NCBI GenBank assembly: GCA_963977445.1
Contig: CAXBPH010000011.1
Location: forward strand, 1 to 47,863
Length of the DNA: 47,863 bases
Direction: 5' to 3'
Source: an uncultured bacterium
GTDB taxonomy: Bacteria > Hydrogenedentota > Hydrogenedentia > Hydrogenedentales > JAEUWI01
Made by a program: the position numbers and the translations under genes. Below the pieces are notes generated by a model, which did no database searches, was not told the origin of the DNA, and was given only the letters and a program-made list of their open reading frames with translations. Position 1 is the first letter of the stretch; every line of letters starts with the position of its first letter. Below are positions 19,004 to 28,345 of the stretch, piece by piece.

Positions 19004-19971
19004 GTGTTATTCTCGGAATTGAATCATCCTGTGACGAAACGGGAATTGCCATTGTGCGCGGCGGGACCGAAGTGCTGTCCAATGAACTTGCATCGCAGAT
19101 CGATATCCACAAAGTATTCGGCGGCGTGGTGCCCGAAATCGCCTCGCGCCAGCACACCAAGGTCATCTCTCAGATGGTCGATCAGGTGCTTCAGTCGGTG
19201 GATGTGCCTATTGACGCCATCGCCGCCACCCAGGGGCCGGGACTCATGGGGTCCCTTCTGGTGGGCCTGAGTTTTGCCAAGGCCCTGGCCTATAGCTGGA
19301 AAAAGCCCTTTGTGCCGGTGCACCACATCGAAGGCCATATATTTTCCGCCTTTCTCGGCGAGAAGGTTCCTGAATTTCCTTTTCTCGCCCTGATTGTGAG
19401 TGGTGGCCATACCCAGATCATCCAATGCGATAAAGCTCACGACTACAAAATTTTGGGCACCACCCGAGACGATGCGGTGGGTGAATCCTTCGACAAAGTG
19501 GCCCGACTCCTCGACTTGCCCTATCCCGGCGGGCCCAGCATTCAAAAGGCCGCTGCCGAGGGGAATCCGACGGCTTTCGATTTTCCACGGGCCATGCGGC
19601 AGAAGGGTAACCTGGAATTCAGTTACAGCGGCCTCAAGACAGCCGTTCTCTATGCGCTCCAGGAGGGCAAAAAGGATGTGGCGGATGTCGCCGCGAGTTT
19701 TCAGGCGGCCGCCATTGATATTCTCTTGATCAAGGTGAAGGAGGCGATCATCCAGACCGGCACCGAGCGCCTGGTAATCGCCGGTGGCGTTGCGGCCAAT
19801 CAACTTCTCCGCGAACGGGCCTTGGCGGAGCTGGATGTGGACGTGTTTCTGCCACCCTTTAAGTACTGTATCGACAATGGTGCCATGATTGCCGCTGCCG
19901 GGCACAGTCGTTTCGAACACGGCCTAGTGGGTGATTTCGGCTGCACGCCGAACCCCGGCCTGACACTATAG
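19000..19971 (+). CDS. tsaD: tRNA N6-adenosine threonylcarbamoyltransferase
   Basis: LGIESSCDETG, GGVVPEIASRQH, HHIEGH, VSGGHT, DNGAMIA. Confidence 0.96.
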   Translation: MSVILGIESSCDETGIAIVRGGTEVLSNELASQIDIHKVFGGVVPEIASRQHTKVISQMVDQVLQSVDVPIDAIAATQGPGLMGSLLVGLSFAKALAYSWKKPFVPVHHIEGHIFSAFLGEKVPEFPFLALIVSGGHTQIIQCDKAHDYKILGTTRDDAVGESFDKVARLLDLPYPGGPSIQKAAAEGNPTAFDFPRAMRQKGNLEFSYSGLKTAVLYALQEGKKDVADVAASFQAAAIDILLIKVKEAIIQTGTERLVIAGGVAANQLLRERALAELDVDVFLPPFKYCIDNGAMIAAAGHSRFEHGLVGDFGCTPNPGLTL

Positions 19972-20112
19972 GGCCCCGTGTCCTGTAGGCGGACTCTCCG
20001 TTTTGATACAATGATGTCCTCAAGGGATGGTGCACGGGCACCAACCCGCATTTGAGCCCTATGATTCCCAGAAACTTCGCAACCCACCTCAGGGTATTGG
20101 CAGGAGATCAGA

Positions 20113-20727
20113 ATGAAGTTGCGGTTGGCCGTCTTGTTGTCGGGTAGTGGCACGACACTGCAAAATATTATCGATCAGCAAGAAGCCGATACGCTGGATA
20201 CCACCGTGGTTTGTGTGATTGCTTCCCGGGCAAGTGCCTATGGCCTTGAGCGGGCCACCCAACACGGTATTCCCGCCCAGGCGATCACCAGACAGACCCA
20301 TCCCGATGCCCCGTCGCGCAGTGATGCCATCTGGTCCGCTATCCGTGAACACAAGGCCGACCTCGTGGTTTTGGCGGGTTATATGTCGCTGATTACCGTA
20401 CCTGCCGACTATGTGAATCGTATTATCAACGTTCACCCGGCCCTCATCCCGGCCTTCAGTGGCCAGGGCATGTATGGTCACCATGTACACGAAGCAGTCG
20501 TTTCCTACGGCGCGAAGATTACCGGGGCCACCGTTCACTTTGTGGATGATGCCTACGATCACGGCCCCATCATCATGCAGGAATCAATCTCTGTGCAGGA
20601 TGAAGATACGGCCGATACACTGGCCGAACGGGTGCAGGCCCTGGAGCGTAAACTCTATCCCAAAGCCATTCAAATGATTGCCGAAGGCCGTGTTCGGGTC
20701 GAAGGGCGCCGGGTACACATCCGGTAG
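20113..20727 (+). CDS. purN: Phosphoribosylglycinamide formyltransferase
   Basis: LSGSGTTLQ, LAGYM, INVHPALIP, GATVHFVD..YDHGPII. Confidence 0.96.
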   Translation: MKLRLAVLLSGSGTTLQNIIDQQEADTLDTTVVCVIASRASAYGLERATQHGIPAQAITRQTHPDAPSRSDAIWSAIREHKADLVVLAGYMSLITVPADYVNRIINVHPALIPAFSGQGMYGHHVHEAVVSYGAKITGATVHFVDDAYDHGPIIMQESISVQDEDTADTLAERVQALERKLYPKAIQMIAEGRVRVEGRRVHIR

Positions 20728-20758
20728 TTCCGATGGGACACACGACGTTATCGGGCGG

Positions 20759-22339
20759 TTAGCATTGTTCTAACGTGGAAGATACCCGTGAAGCCGGCCG
20801 GATGGGCGCGGGCGCTTCGTTTTCGTCTATGTCGTCAATCTCCCCGTCATCTTCCCCGGTATCTGCGGGTGGGGTATTCACTACCAGGGCCATCTGAGGT
20901 GAAGCCATGGATGCCTTCAGTAGAATGACACCCATCAGCCACACCCCGAGAAACAAGGCTCCCGTCCCATAGCCCAGGCGGGGCATGGTAAGGGACGCCA
21001 CAAGCTGTCCCACGAGTACGGCCATGAGGCAGCGGGCGAAGCAGCGTTGGTTCATGGTGGGCAATCGATTCGTTAATCCCTGGGTATACAACAACATGCC
21101 TGTGATGGCCAGTAGCGCTACCGCCAGGCCCACGAGACCACCTTTCCAGGCCAGATAGAGCCAGAAATTGTGGAGGCTGTCGTAGTCGGTGGGAATGGCA
21201 CTATCCTGACCCGTCTGGTTTGCGAGGCCCAGGGCTTCAAAAGAGGCTCCCAGTCCTGCGCCGAAAAAGGGGTGGGCCTTCATGGCGTCAAGGGCTCCCG
21301 ACGCTTCCACATAGCGGGCATCGATGGAGCGGCCCAGCGCCAGTCCGTCGGTGGGGACAATACCCAAACCGAATGCGATCATCAGCAGCACGGCCAGCAG
21401 CGCAACGCCGCCCGCCACCAGGCCCTTGCCCGGCCGGGGGAGATTGAGCCATGCGAGTACCAGCAGGCTCACCAGCACCGATATCCAGGCCGTGCGCATC
21501 ATGCCCACCGCGATGGCACCCGTAAAAAGTAGTCCCAGCCCCACATAGATGCACCGACGATACCAAGGTTCCCGGGGACACCAGAACATGCCCACACAGA
21601 GGACCAGACCACACTCAAACCAGAGGTGCCCGCTCGGACGAACGGATTGGAGGGTCCATCCTCCTACCGCCCGGGGTACAAATTCTCCCAGGGCATTCTG
21701 GGTATTGGGGATGGGGCCGAAGAAGGAAGCCCAGGCAAAAAAGGCCAAGGTCGCCAGGGCCATCAAGGTCACGACGCACAGGGCAAGGTAGCCATAGTAC
21801 TGGAGATCGCCCGGCCGACGTATACAGGCGGCGAATACCCAGAAGGCTCCCAGGAAGAGGGGCGCCCGCAATTCTGCGATGATGGCCTGCGGATCATTGC
21901 CGAGCCAGAGACCCCGCCACGCGGCATAGACAAAGACGGCACTGTAAAGCATCATGCACATATGGAGGGGAGACCACTGGATTGCGACACGTCGTTGGGC
22001 AATCTTGATGACACCATGGGCAAAGAGCAGGAGTAGCAGCAGTTCCCGGGGGTGCCATTCCACGCCACCAAAGGGAACAATGAGTACTGAACGAAAGGCG
22101 TGTCCCGTCAGGGCATAAACGAACACCAGGGTCAGCACGAGCCGGGATGGACCGAAGAGCAGCGCGGACAACGCGGCCATCGCCACCAGTGCCCCCAGAA
22201 ATAAACCCTCGGAAACGGGAAGGTAGGTCTGCTGTCCGTAAAACACGGCAACCGTGAACACCGATACGAGCAGGGCACCTGGCAGAAGCTGCCAGAGCGG
22301 CGGTACGATGGAAGAGGGGCGTTGGGGTAAAGCGTTCAT
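20759..22339 (-). CDS. O-antigen ligase (Wzy_C)-like integral membrane protein
   Basis: About 12 TM segments; MRTAW, conserved Arg (DARY), HPFFGAGLG, HNFWLYLAWKGGLVGL. Confidence 0.8.
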   Translation of the reverse strand: MNALPQRPSSIVPPLWQLLPGALLVSVFTVAVFYGQQTYLPVSEGLFLGALVAMAALSALLFGPSRLVLTLVFVYALTGHAFRSVLIVPFGGVEWHPRELLLLLLFAHGVIKIAQRRVAIQWSPLHMCMMLYSAVFVYAAWRGLWLGNDPQAIIAELRAPLFLGAFWVFAACIRRPGDLQYYGYLALCVVTLMALATLAFFAWASFFGPIPNTQNALGEFVPRAVGGWTLQSVRPSGHLWFECGLVLCVGMFWCPREPWYRRCIYVGLGLLFTGAIAVGMMRTAWISVLVSLLVLAWLNLPRPGKGLVAGGVALLAVLLMIAFGLGIVPTDGLALGRSIDARYVEASGALDAMKAHPFFGAGLGASFEALGLANQTGQDSAIPTDYDSLHNFWLYLAWKGGLVGLAVALLAITGMLLYTQGLTNRLPTMNQRCFARCLMAVLVGQLVASLTMPRLGYGTGALFLGVWLMGVILLKASMASPQMALVVNTPPADTGEDDGEIDDIDENEAPAPIRPASRVSSTLEQC

Positions 22340-22667
22340 GGGTCTAGCCTAAACTACCTGCGGGTTCGGTGTCCACTGGACGCCGGGTAATCGCGTTTAA
22401 CCTATGGGTACCGTTACCGACGGGCCCTTCGTCTCTTTACCGTGTCCGGGTTCCCTTACCCGTCGAAAACTGTCCCCGTGACGGCCGGGACAGTATCCCC
22501 CGTGTGGAACAACCTATTGACACGCGAGTGGAACAACGACTGCACAGGGGGTGACTGTACCGATGCGCCCGACCCCTTTTTGTTAGTCCATGCGGTTGTG
22601 CCTCGGGTCGCCTTTTCTGCTAGAGTGTTCTTTTCCCTTGTACTTTTATGCCGGAAGGAATAACGCT

Positions 22668-23960
22668 ATGTTTTACCGAATTCCCCACTTGTTTTTCGCG
22701 GTGTTCACCGTGGCTCTGGGTTGCGTGCCTGTATCCGCCGAAATCGAAAGCGATGATATTCACATTCAAAATGGGGTGCTGACCCGCGCCAAAGGGGACA
22801 TCACCTTGAAAGCGATAACCGTACCCGAGCTGGCGGCCGGGCGGGATGAACTGGCCAAGACCGCACCCGTATTGGCCAAGATAGCCTATGCCGGTGGCAA
22901 TACCGCCTGTACCGACCTCGCTGGATTCAATGCCGACGGCACGTCGATTGATCCCGAAGATGTAGCGACCATCGGCAAATTGGGTCACCGCGCGAAAGAG
23001 CAGCGCATGGCCATCATCGTGCGTGTCCTCGGTGGCAATAGCGACCCCACCTTCTGCGCCAATGCCGTGAAGACGGCAGCCATGGCCCTGAAAGAGGTGC
23101 GCAGTGCCGTGTATTACTTTGATGGACCGGATGCCGACAAATGGGCGGCCGAATTCCGCGCTCTGGCCCCCAAGCTGGTCGTCGCCGCCCCGAACGCGGG
23201 TCACGTCAAGGTCGTTGCGGAAACGCCCCCGGCCCCGGCCGCCAAGCCCACCCTGGTGCTCGGCAAGGCCCACGCCTATTTCGATATGAATACCCATTTC
23301 CTCCTGGGCGGCGAGCAGGCCGACTACGACAATCTCGATGCCGTGCTTACCAATGAAGTTCAGAAGCAGCCCTGGACGCCGGAAAACTCGGTGTTGAGTG
23401 AGGAAGAGCGAAACGATGGTTTTATTTCGCTCATGAATAAGAAAGACTTTGCCGGCTGGTGGCAATTGAACCCGGAAAAGAATAGTTTCATTGTGAACGA
23501 ACAGGGCGAATTCGAGTTTAAGGAAGCTGGTGGCAAGGCCATCCTTACCCGCGATCGTTACAGTGATTTTATTCTACGTCTGGATTACAAAATAGAAGAG
23601 GGCGGCAACAGCGGTGTCTTCCTTCGTGCCCCCCGTGATGCCCGTCAATCAAAGATTGGTATGGAATTTCAGATTCACGGAGATCCGGGCGTCGAACCCA
23701 GCGATGACAGCACCGGCGCGGTCTATAAAGTCAAAGCGGCGCGCGTCAATGCGAGCAACCCTTACATGACGTGGAACAGCCTCGAAATCATGCTCGACGG
23801 GAGCCACATGAAGGCCACCCTGAACGGCAAACTTCTCCATGATTTTGATATGGATACCATTGAAGAGCTTAAGTATCGATTGAAAGACGGTTACATCGGG
23901 CTGCAGGATCATGACCACTTCGTGGCCTTCCGCAACGTTCGGATTAAAAAACTCAACTAA
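22668..23960 (+). CDS. Secreted DUF1080 (3-keto-disaccharide hydrolase family) protein with an extra N-terminal domain
   Basis: Signal peptide from ATG 22668; C-terminal GFISLMN.KDFAGW, YSDFILRLDYK, GNSGVF, EFQI, WNSLEI, GYIGLQDH, FRNVRIK. Confidence 0.88.
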   Translation: MFYRIPHLFFAVFTVALGCVPVSAEIESDDIHIQNGVLTRAKGDITLKAITVPELAAGRDELAKTAPVLAKIAYAGGNTACTDLAGFNADGTSIDPEDVATIGKLGHRAKEQRMAIIVRVLGGNSDPTFCANAVKTAAMALKEVRSAVYYFDGPDADKWAAEFRALAPKLVVAAPNAGHVKVVAETPPAPAAKPTLVLGKAHAYFDMNTHFLLGGEQADYDNLDAVLTNEVQKQPWTPENSVLSEEERNDGFISLMNKKDFAGWWQLNPEKNSFIVNEQGEFEFKEAGGKAILTRDRYSDFILRLDYKIEEGGNSGVFLRAPRDARQSKIGMEFQIHGDPGVEPSDDSTGAVYKVKAARVNASNPYMTWNSLEIMLDGSHMKATLNGKLLHDFDMDTIEELKYRLKDGYIGLQDHDHFVAFRNVRIKKLN

Positions 23961-23995
23961 CGGCCGTTATGGCGCATTTGACAAGGAGATATAAA

Positions 23996-24814
23996 ATGAA
24001 GTCAACCCGCAGACAGTTTATCGGTCGGCTTGCCGCCCTTCCCGCAGTGGCCGCATTGGCAGGACAGGCCGTGGCCAAGCCCGGCCCGGCCTGGCGCATG
24101 GGTAGCCAGAGCTATAGCTTTCGTAAGTTTGACACCATCGGTGCCATCAATGGGGTAAAAAAGCTGGGCCTGGAGAATATCGAATTCTGTGGCGTTCACT
24201 TCCCCTGCGACGCGGCCGACCCGGGCCTCGGCAAGGTCCAGGAAATCATTAAAGAAATGGGCATCAACGTACTCAGTTATGGCGTTGAGAGTTTCGGTGC
24301 CGATGACGCGGCGAACCGGAAGAAATTCGAATTCGCCAAGGCCATGGGCATTGGCATTCTCACGGCCGATCCGGAGCCGGAATCTTTCGACAGCCTGGAC
24401 AAGCTCACCGAAGAGTTCAAGGTGAAGATTGCCATCCACAATCATGGCCCCAACGCCCGCTATAATTCGTTCCAGGACACCCTGGATGCCATTAAGGACC
24501 ACAGTCCCATGATTGGTGCCTGTGTGGATACGGGCCACGTCATCCGTTCCAACGAAAAGCCCCACGAAGTGCTGGCCGCCATCGGCGATCGGGTGCATTC
24601 CATGCACCTGAAAGATTGGATCCATGGTGGGGAAGAGCAAATCCTCGGCGAAGGCGATATCGATCTCGTTGCCGTGGCCAAGGTGTTGAAAGAAATGAAA
24701 TTCAACGGCCCCCTCATGATGGAATATGAAAACAGCCCGGAGAACCCCGGTCCCGATATGGCCATTGGGCTCGCCAATTGGAACAAAGCCGTAGACGCGG
24801 TGTGGACGGCCTGA
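23996..24814 (+). CDS. Tat-exported sugar phosphate isomerase/epimerase family (AP_endonuc_2 TIM barrel)
   Basis: STRRQFI twin-Arg signal; IAIHNH, DTGH, HLKD, MEYE metal motifs; SD AAGGAG. Confidence 0.88.
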   Translation: MKSTRRQFIGRLAALPAVAALAGQAVAKPGPAWRMGSQSYSFRKFDTIGAINGVKKLGLENIEFCGVHFPCDAADPGLGKVQEIIKEMGINVLSYGVESFGADDAANRKKFEFAKAMGIGILTADPEPESFDSLDKLTEEFKVKIAIHNHGPNARYNSFQDTLDAIKDHSPMIGACVDTGHVIRSNEKPHEVLAAIGDRVHSMHLKDWIHGGEEQILGEGDIDLVAVAKVLKEMKFNGPLMMEYENSPENPGPDMAIGLANWNKAVDAVWTA

Positions 24815-24901
24815 TTTCGCGATTACCCGTAGATAGTACTTCCCATGCGCGCCCGGCCTTACGTCGGGCGCGTTTTACATCTACCGCCAAGGAGACGGAT
24901 T

Positions 24902-25846
24902 ATGTACATGGCAATATTGAGTGCCCTCACGCTGGGGGCCGCCCTGGCCGACGGGACGGAAGGCGTTAATTTTCACCGCTACGAAACATCGGCCATTACC
25001 TGCACCATAGGCGATAATTCCGCTCTGGGCGAACATCACAATCGCTACAACGGTATCTATTCTCTTACGACGCCCACGTTGAAAGATTCGCCCTTCGTGC
25101 CGGACTACGCCGGACTCAACCTTGAGCACTACTTTGATTTGCGTCCCGACATCAATAAGGTGAGCCATACGTTTTTCGAGCCGCGCAATGAGCCCATGAT
25201 CTTCCGGCAAATTGACGCCCATACGACCGAGCTCTACCAGCCGGTGACGCCCTACTGGGCCGTGGAAAGTACCACGCGATTCACGGTGACGCCGGAGGGG
25301 TATGTCGACATGGATTTCACCTGTACGCCCCACAAAGATCATTGGGTGGGGGGATTCATGGGAGTCTTCTGGGCAAGTTACATCAATGCGCCCATCGATA
25401 AGAGTATTTATTTTCTGGAGGCCGGTTCCAGCCTCGATGCACCGAAATGGCTTCAATACTGCACCCAACGCCACGGACTGAACAGCACGGTTTTCGGGGT
25501 CGGTGATGATTTGGGACTTTCCGGTCCGGAGTCCACCACCAACCTCTTTATCAGCGCTTCCCCGTTGCAGTACGCCATCCCCTTTTACTACGGCCGATTT
25601 CGTGACCATGTGCTCATCTATTGCTACGAGGCGGGTGAGGGTGGTCGCATTCGGATATCCCACTCACCCTCGGGAGCGGGAGACACGCCAAAAGGAGACG
25701 ACACCAATCCCGCGTGGGACGCCCAGCTCATTGTGCCCAATCCCGAGGTCGGAAAGGCCTATGGCATGAAGGCCCGCCTGATTGTGAAGCCCTGGGAAGG
25801 TCGGGAGGACGTGCTGAAACATGTCCGGGCCTACTACGAAAAGTAG
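24902..25846 (+). CDS. Hypothetical secreted protein, beta-rich (possibly a galactose-mutarotase-like fold)
   Basis: ORF of about 314 aa with signal peptide; SD AAGGAG; cotranscribed with the sugar enzymes. Confidence 0.75.
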   Translation: MYMAILSALTLGAALADGTEGVNFHRYETSAITCTIGDNSALGEHHNRYNGIYSLTTPTLKDSPFVPDYAGLNLEHYFDLRPDINKVSHTFFEPRNEPMIFRQIDAHTTELYQPVTPYWAVESTTRFTVTPEGYVDMDFTCTPHKDHWVGGFMGVFWASYINAPIDKSIYFLEAGSSLDAPKWLQYCTQRHGLNSTVFGVGDDLGLSGPESTTNLFISASPLQYAIPFYYGRFRDHVLIYCYEAGEGGRIRISHSPSGAGDTPKGDDTNPAWDAQLIVPNPEVGKAYGMKARLIVKPWEGREDVLKHVRAYYEK

Positions 25847-25856
25847 GCGGGCTCCA

Positions 25857-27227
25857 CTAGACATCGTCATCCGACTCCCGATTGCTGGCATGAAGGCCTA
25901 CCGTTACCCACGCGATACGGGCCAGGGTGCGCACGGGCAAAATGGGATTGACCAGTTCATCGAGGGCATGGCGGAGGGGCTTCCGATTGTGGACGACCCA
26001 GTAGTTGCCCAGTCCGGCGAGGATGCCCACGACGCCGGATATGGTAAAGGCCGTCCGAAAGCCCAGCAAGCCCAGGTGTTCGATGATATAGCCCGCGAGA
26101 ATCGGGGTGACGCCCATAGAAATGGCGGTGCCGAGGACCCAGATATTGGTGTAGCCCACTTTGTGCTCTTTATCGACAATACTCATCATGTAGCGGTGGG
26201 ACAAGGTCCAGTAGGCCGCACCAAGCAGGGTGGTGGCGATTACGGTTGGCGGGAGGAGCCATACGGACCACGGAGCGCCGGGGGGCAACAAGAGATAGGT
26301 CAGGGCCCCCACGGAATGACCAATCATGGCGAGCAAGGCGGCGTGCCCGGTGCCACTGTGGTCGGCAAAACGTCCCCAGAAATGCACCGTCAACAAGACG
26401 CTGAGGTTGCCTCCCGCCATGATCAGCATGATGGAGGTATCGGCAAGGCCCAAGGCATCACGCATGTAGAGCACGATGCTGCCATTGAGCCATGCAAAAC
26501 AGGAGAAGCAGAGGGCCGTCGTAACGACGAAATACATATAGGACCGGTCGCGCAAGGCAATCTTGTAGGTCGCCATACTACTCGATTTTACTGCGGGGTC
26601 ATAGGTGGCTTTTCCACCAGGTACCCGAGATAGCCAGACTGCGCTGAGCAGTCCCGTCGCCACGCCAAAGCCGTTGATCGCCAGAAAGTGGCCCATGCCC
26701 GGATCGCCCCGGAGCACCACGGCCTGTACCAGCGTCACAACGACAATACAGAACTGCGCGAGGGCCATTTCCGTGCTGAAAAAGCGACTTTGCTCCTTTT
26801 CCGGAACCACGTCCAGGAGCCAGGGAAACCACCCACCTACACCAGCAGCCCGGATGAGACAGAAGCCGAGGACGGCCGTAAGCAGGACGAACCAACTGGA
26901 AACTTCACCATAGTGGTGAAGGGTCCAGGGGATGAGAAAAACCAGGCAGGCCATCAGATTACGGAGCACCCAGGTCGTGATCATGAGCTTTTTGGACCCG
27001 AGACGGGTCACCAGGGGGATGGTTACCAGCACCAGAATCATGGACAGGGGCATGAAGGAAATCAGATACCCAATCCAGGAGGCGGGCATATGAATTTTGC
27101 GGCCAAAGAGCACGAGGACCGGTCCGACCAGGGAATACCACGAGAGGACGTTGCACGCGCTGAAGACGAGAAAGCGGCGGGGCGGCTGGCTCAGCTTTTT
27201 ATAATCGCTCAAAAGCGGAATGCCCAC
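25857..27227 (-). CDS. MFS transporter
   Basis: 456 aa, about 12 hydrophobic helices, WGRFADHSG loop motif. Confidence 0.85.
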   Translation of the reverse strand: MGIPLLSDYKKLSQPPRRFLVFSACNVLSWYSLVGPVLVLFGRKIHMPASWIGYLISFMPLSMILVLVTIPLVTRLGSKKLMITTWVLRNLMACLVFLIPWTLHHYGEVSSWFVLLTAVLGFCLIRAAGVGGWFPWLLDVVPEKEQSRFFSTEMALAQFCIVVVTLVQAVVLRGDPGMGHFLAINGFGVATGLLSAVWLSRVPGGKATYDPAVKSSSMATYKIALRDRSYMYFVVTTALCFSCFAWLNGSIVLYMRDALGLADTSIMLIMAGGNLSVLLTVHFWGRFADHSGTGHAALLAMIGHSVGALTYLLLPPGAPWSVWLLPPTVIATTLLGAAYWTLSHRYMMSIVDKEHKVGYTNIWVLGTAISMGVTPILAGYIIEHLGLLGFRTAFTISGVVGILAGLGNYWVVHNRKPLRHALDELVNPILPVRTLARIAWVTVGLHASNRESDDDV

Positions 27228-27401
27228 GATACGTCCTCATTTTTGGACTGGAAAGGACGACAGGGGCGTCAATCTCTCTCCAGGATTGCTACAGTACGAG
27301 TAAAAATATGCCCATAGCTCCGCAAGATACTACGAAGTGGGGGATAGATGGGGCAGGCCATTTACCGACCAAAATGGCGGTGAATCAAGCCATGAGAAAC
27401 G

Positions 27402-27659
27402 TTGATGGAAAGGAACCGCACCGAACCGGAGGCTCCGGCAGGTCCCACCCCCCCGATGGGCGTGAAGTTACCTGCGGGAAGTATACCAGACCGCTACCCC
27501 GATTGGGAGTGTAAAGGCGAGGTGACCTTTGCCATCCACGCCTCCATCTATGAGATAATGGGGGCTGTTGCGCTGCCGAGTGACCCTGGGAGCGCGCCCG
27601 CGATGATGCATCCAGTCCAAATCTACGCCTCGAGACAACCGGAAAGACAGCCCCTGTGA
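27402..27659 (+). CDS. Small hypothetical protein
   Basis: 85-aa ORF whose stop overlaps the cyclase start (GTGA); no recognised motif. Confidence 0.4.
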   Translation: MMERNRTEPEAPAGPTPPMGVKLPAGSIPDRYPDWECKGEVTFAIHASIYEIMGAVALPSDPGSAPAMMHPVQIYASRQPERQPL

Positions 27660-28282
27660 AAATCCGTTGGCATGATGTGAGTATCCCCATCCATACCGGT
27701 ACCACGGTTTGGCCCGGAGACGACCCGGTTCGCATCGACGCGGCGAGCCGCATTGCGTCGGGCGCCCGTTGTAATACCTCCACGCTGACCCTTCCCAGTC
27801 ATACGGGCACCCACTGTGATGCGCCCTGGCACTTCGAAGACGACGGCAAGCAGCTTCATGAGGTCGATAGCCAACTGTTTTTTGGCGAGGCCACCGTCAT
27901 GGACCTCCGCGGATGCGATCGTATCCATGCAGATGATTTGGGGACGGCTCCGTTGCCGCCGCGGCTGCTCTTGAAGACGGATAATGGTGACCATGCCGTG
28001 AATGGACCCTTTAACACCACCTACGTCGCCGTGGCCCCGGATGCTGCCGAGCGCATGGTGGCCGAAGGGGTGCACTTGGTGGGCATCGACTATTTATCCA
28101 TTGCGCCTTACAAAGATTCGGGACCGACCCATCACATCCTCCTGCAAAACGACATTTTTGTGGTGGAAGGTCTCTGTCTCGCCGACGTGGCGGGGGGCGT
28201 CTATCCGTTTACGGTGTTGCCCATGCCACTGCATGGACTCGATGGGGCACCTTGCCGGGCCTTTATCGGACTCCCCGAGTAA
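27656..28282 (+). CDS. Cyclase family metal-dependent hydrolase (kynurenine formamidase KynB-like)
   Basis: HTGTHCDAPWH, VGIDYLS, H..LL, VVEGL, DGAPCRA. Confidence 0.9.
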   Translation: MKIRWHDVSIPIHTGTTVWPGDDPVRIDAASRIASGARCNTSTLTLPSHTGTHCDAPWHFEDDGKQLHEVDSQLFFGEATVMDLRGCDRIHADDLGTAPLPPRLLLKTDNGDHAVNGPFNTTYVAVAPDAAERMVAEGVHLVGIDYLSIAPYKDSGPTHHILLQNDIFVVEGLCLADVAGGVYPFTVLPMPLHGLDGAPCRAFIGLPE

Positions 28283-28345
28283 CAATGTGCGGTGAAAGCC
28301 CACAAGCTCCCGGTGTATAAGATTATTCTGAGATTGGAAATTGAT

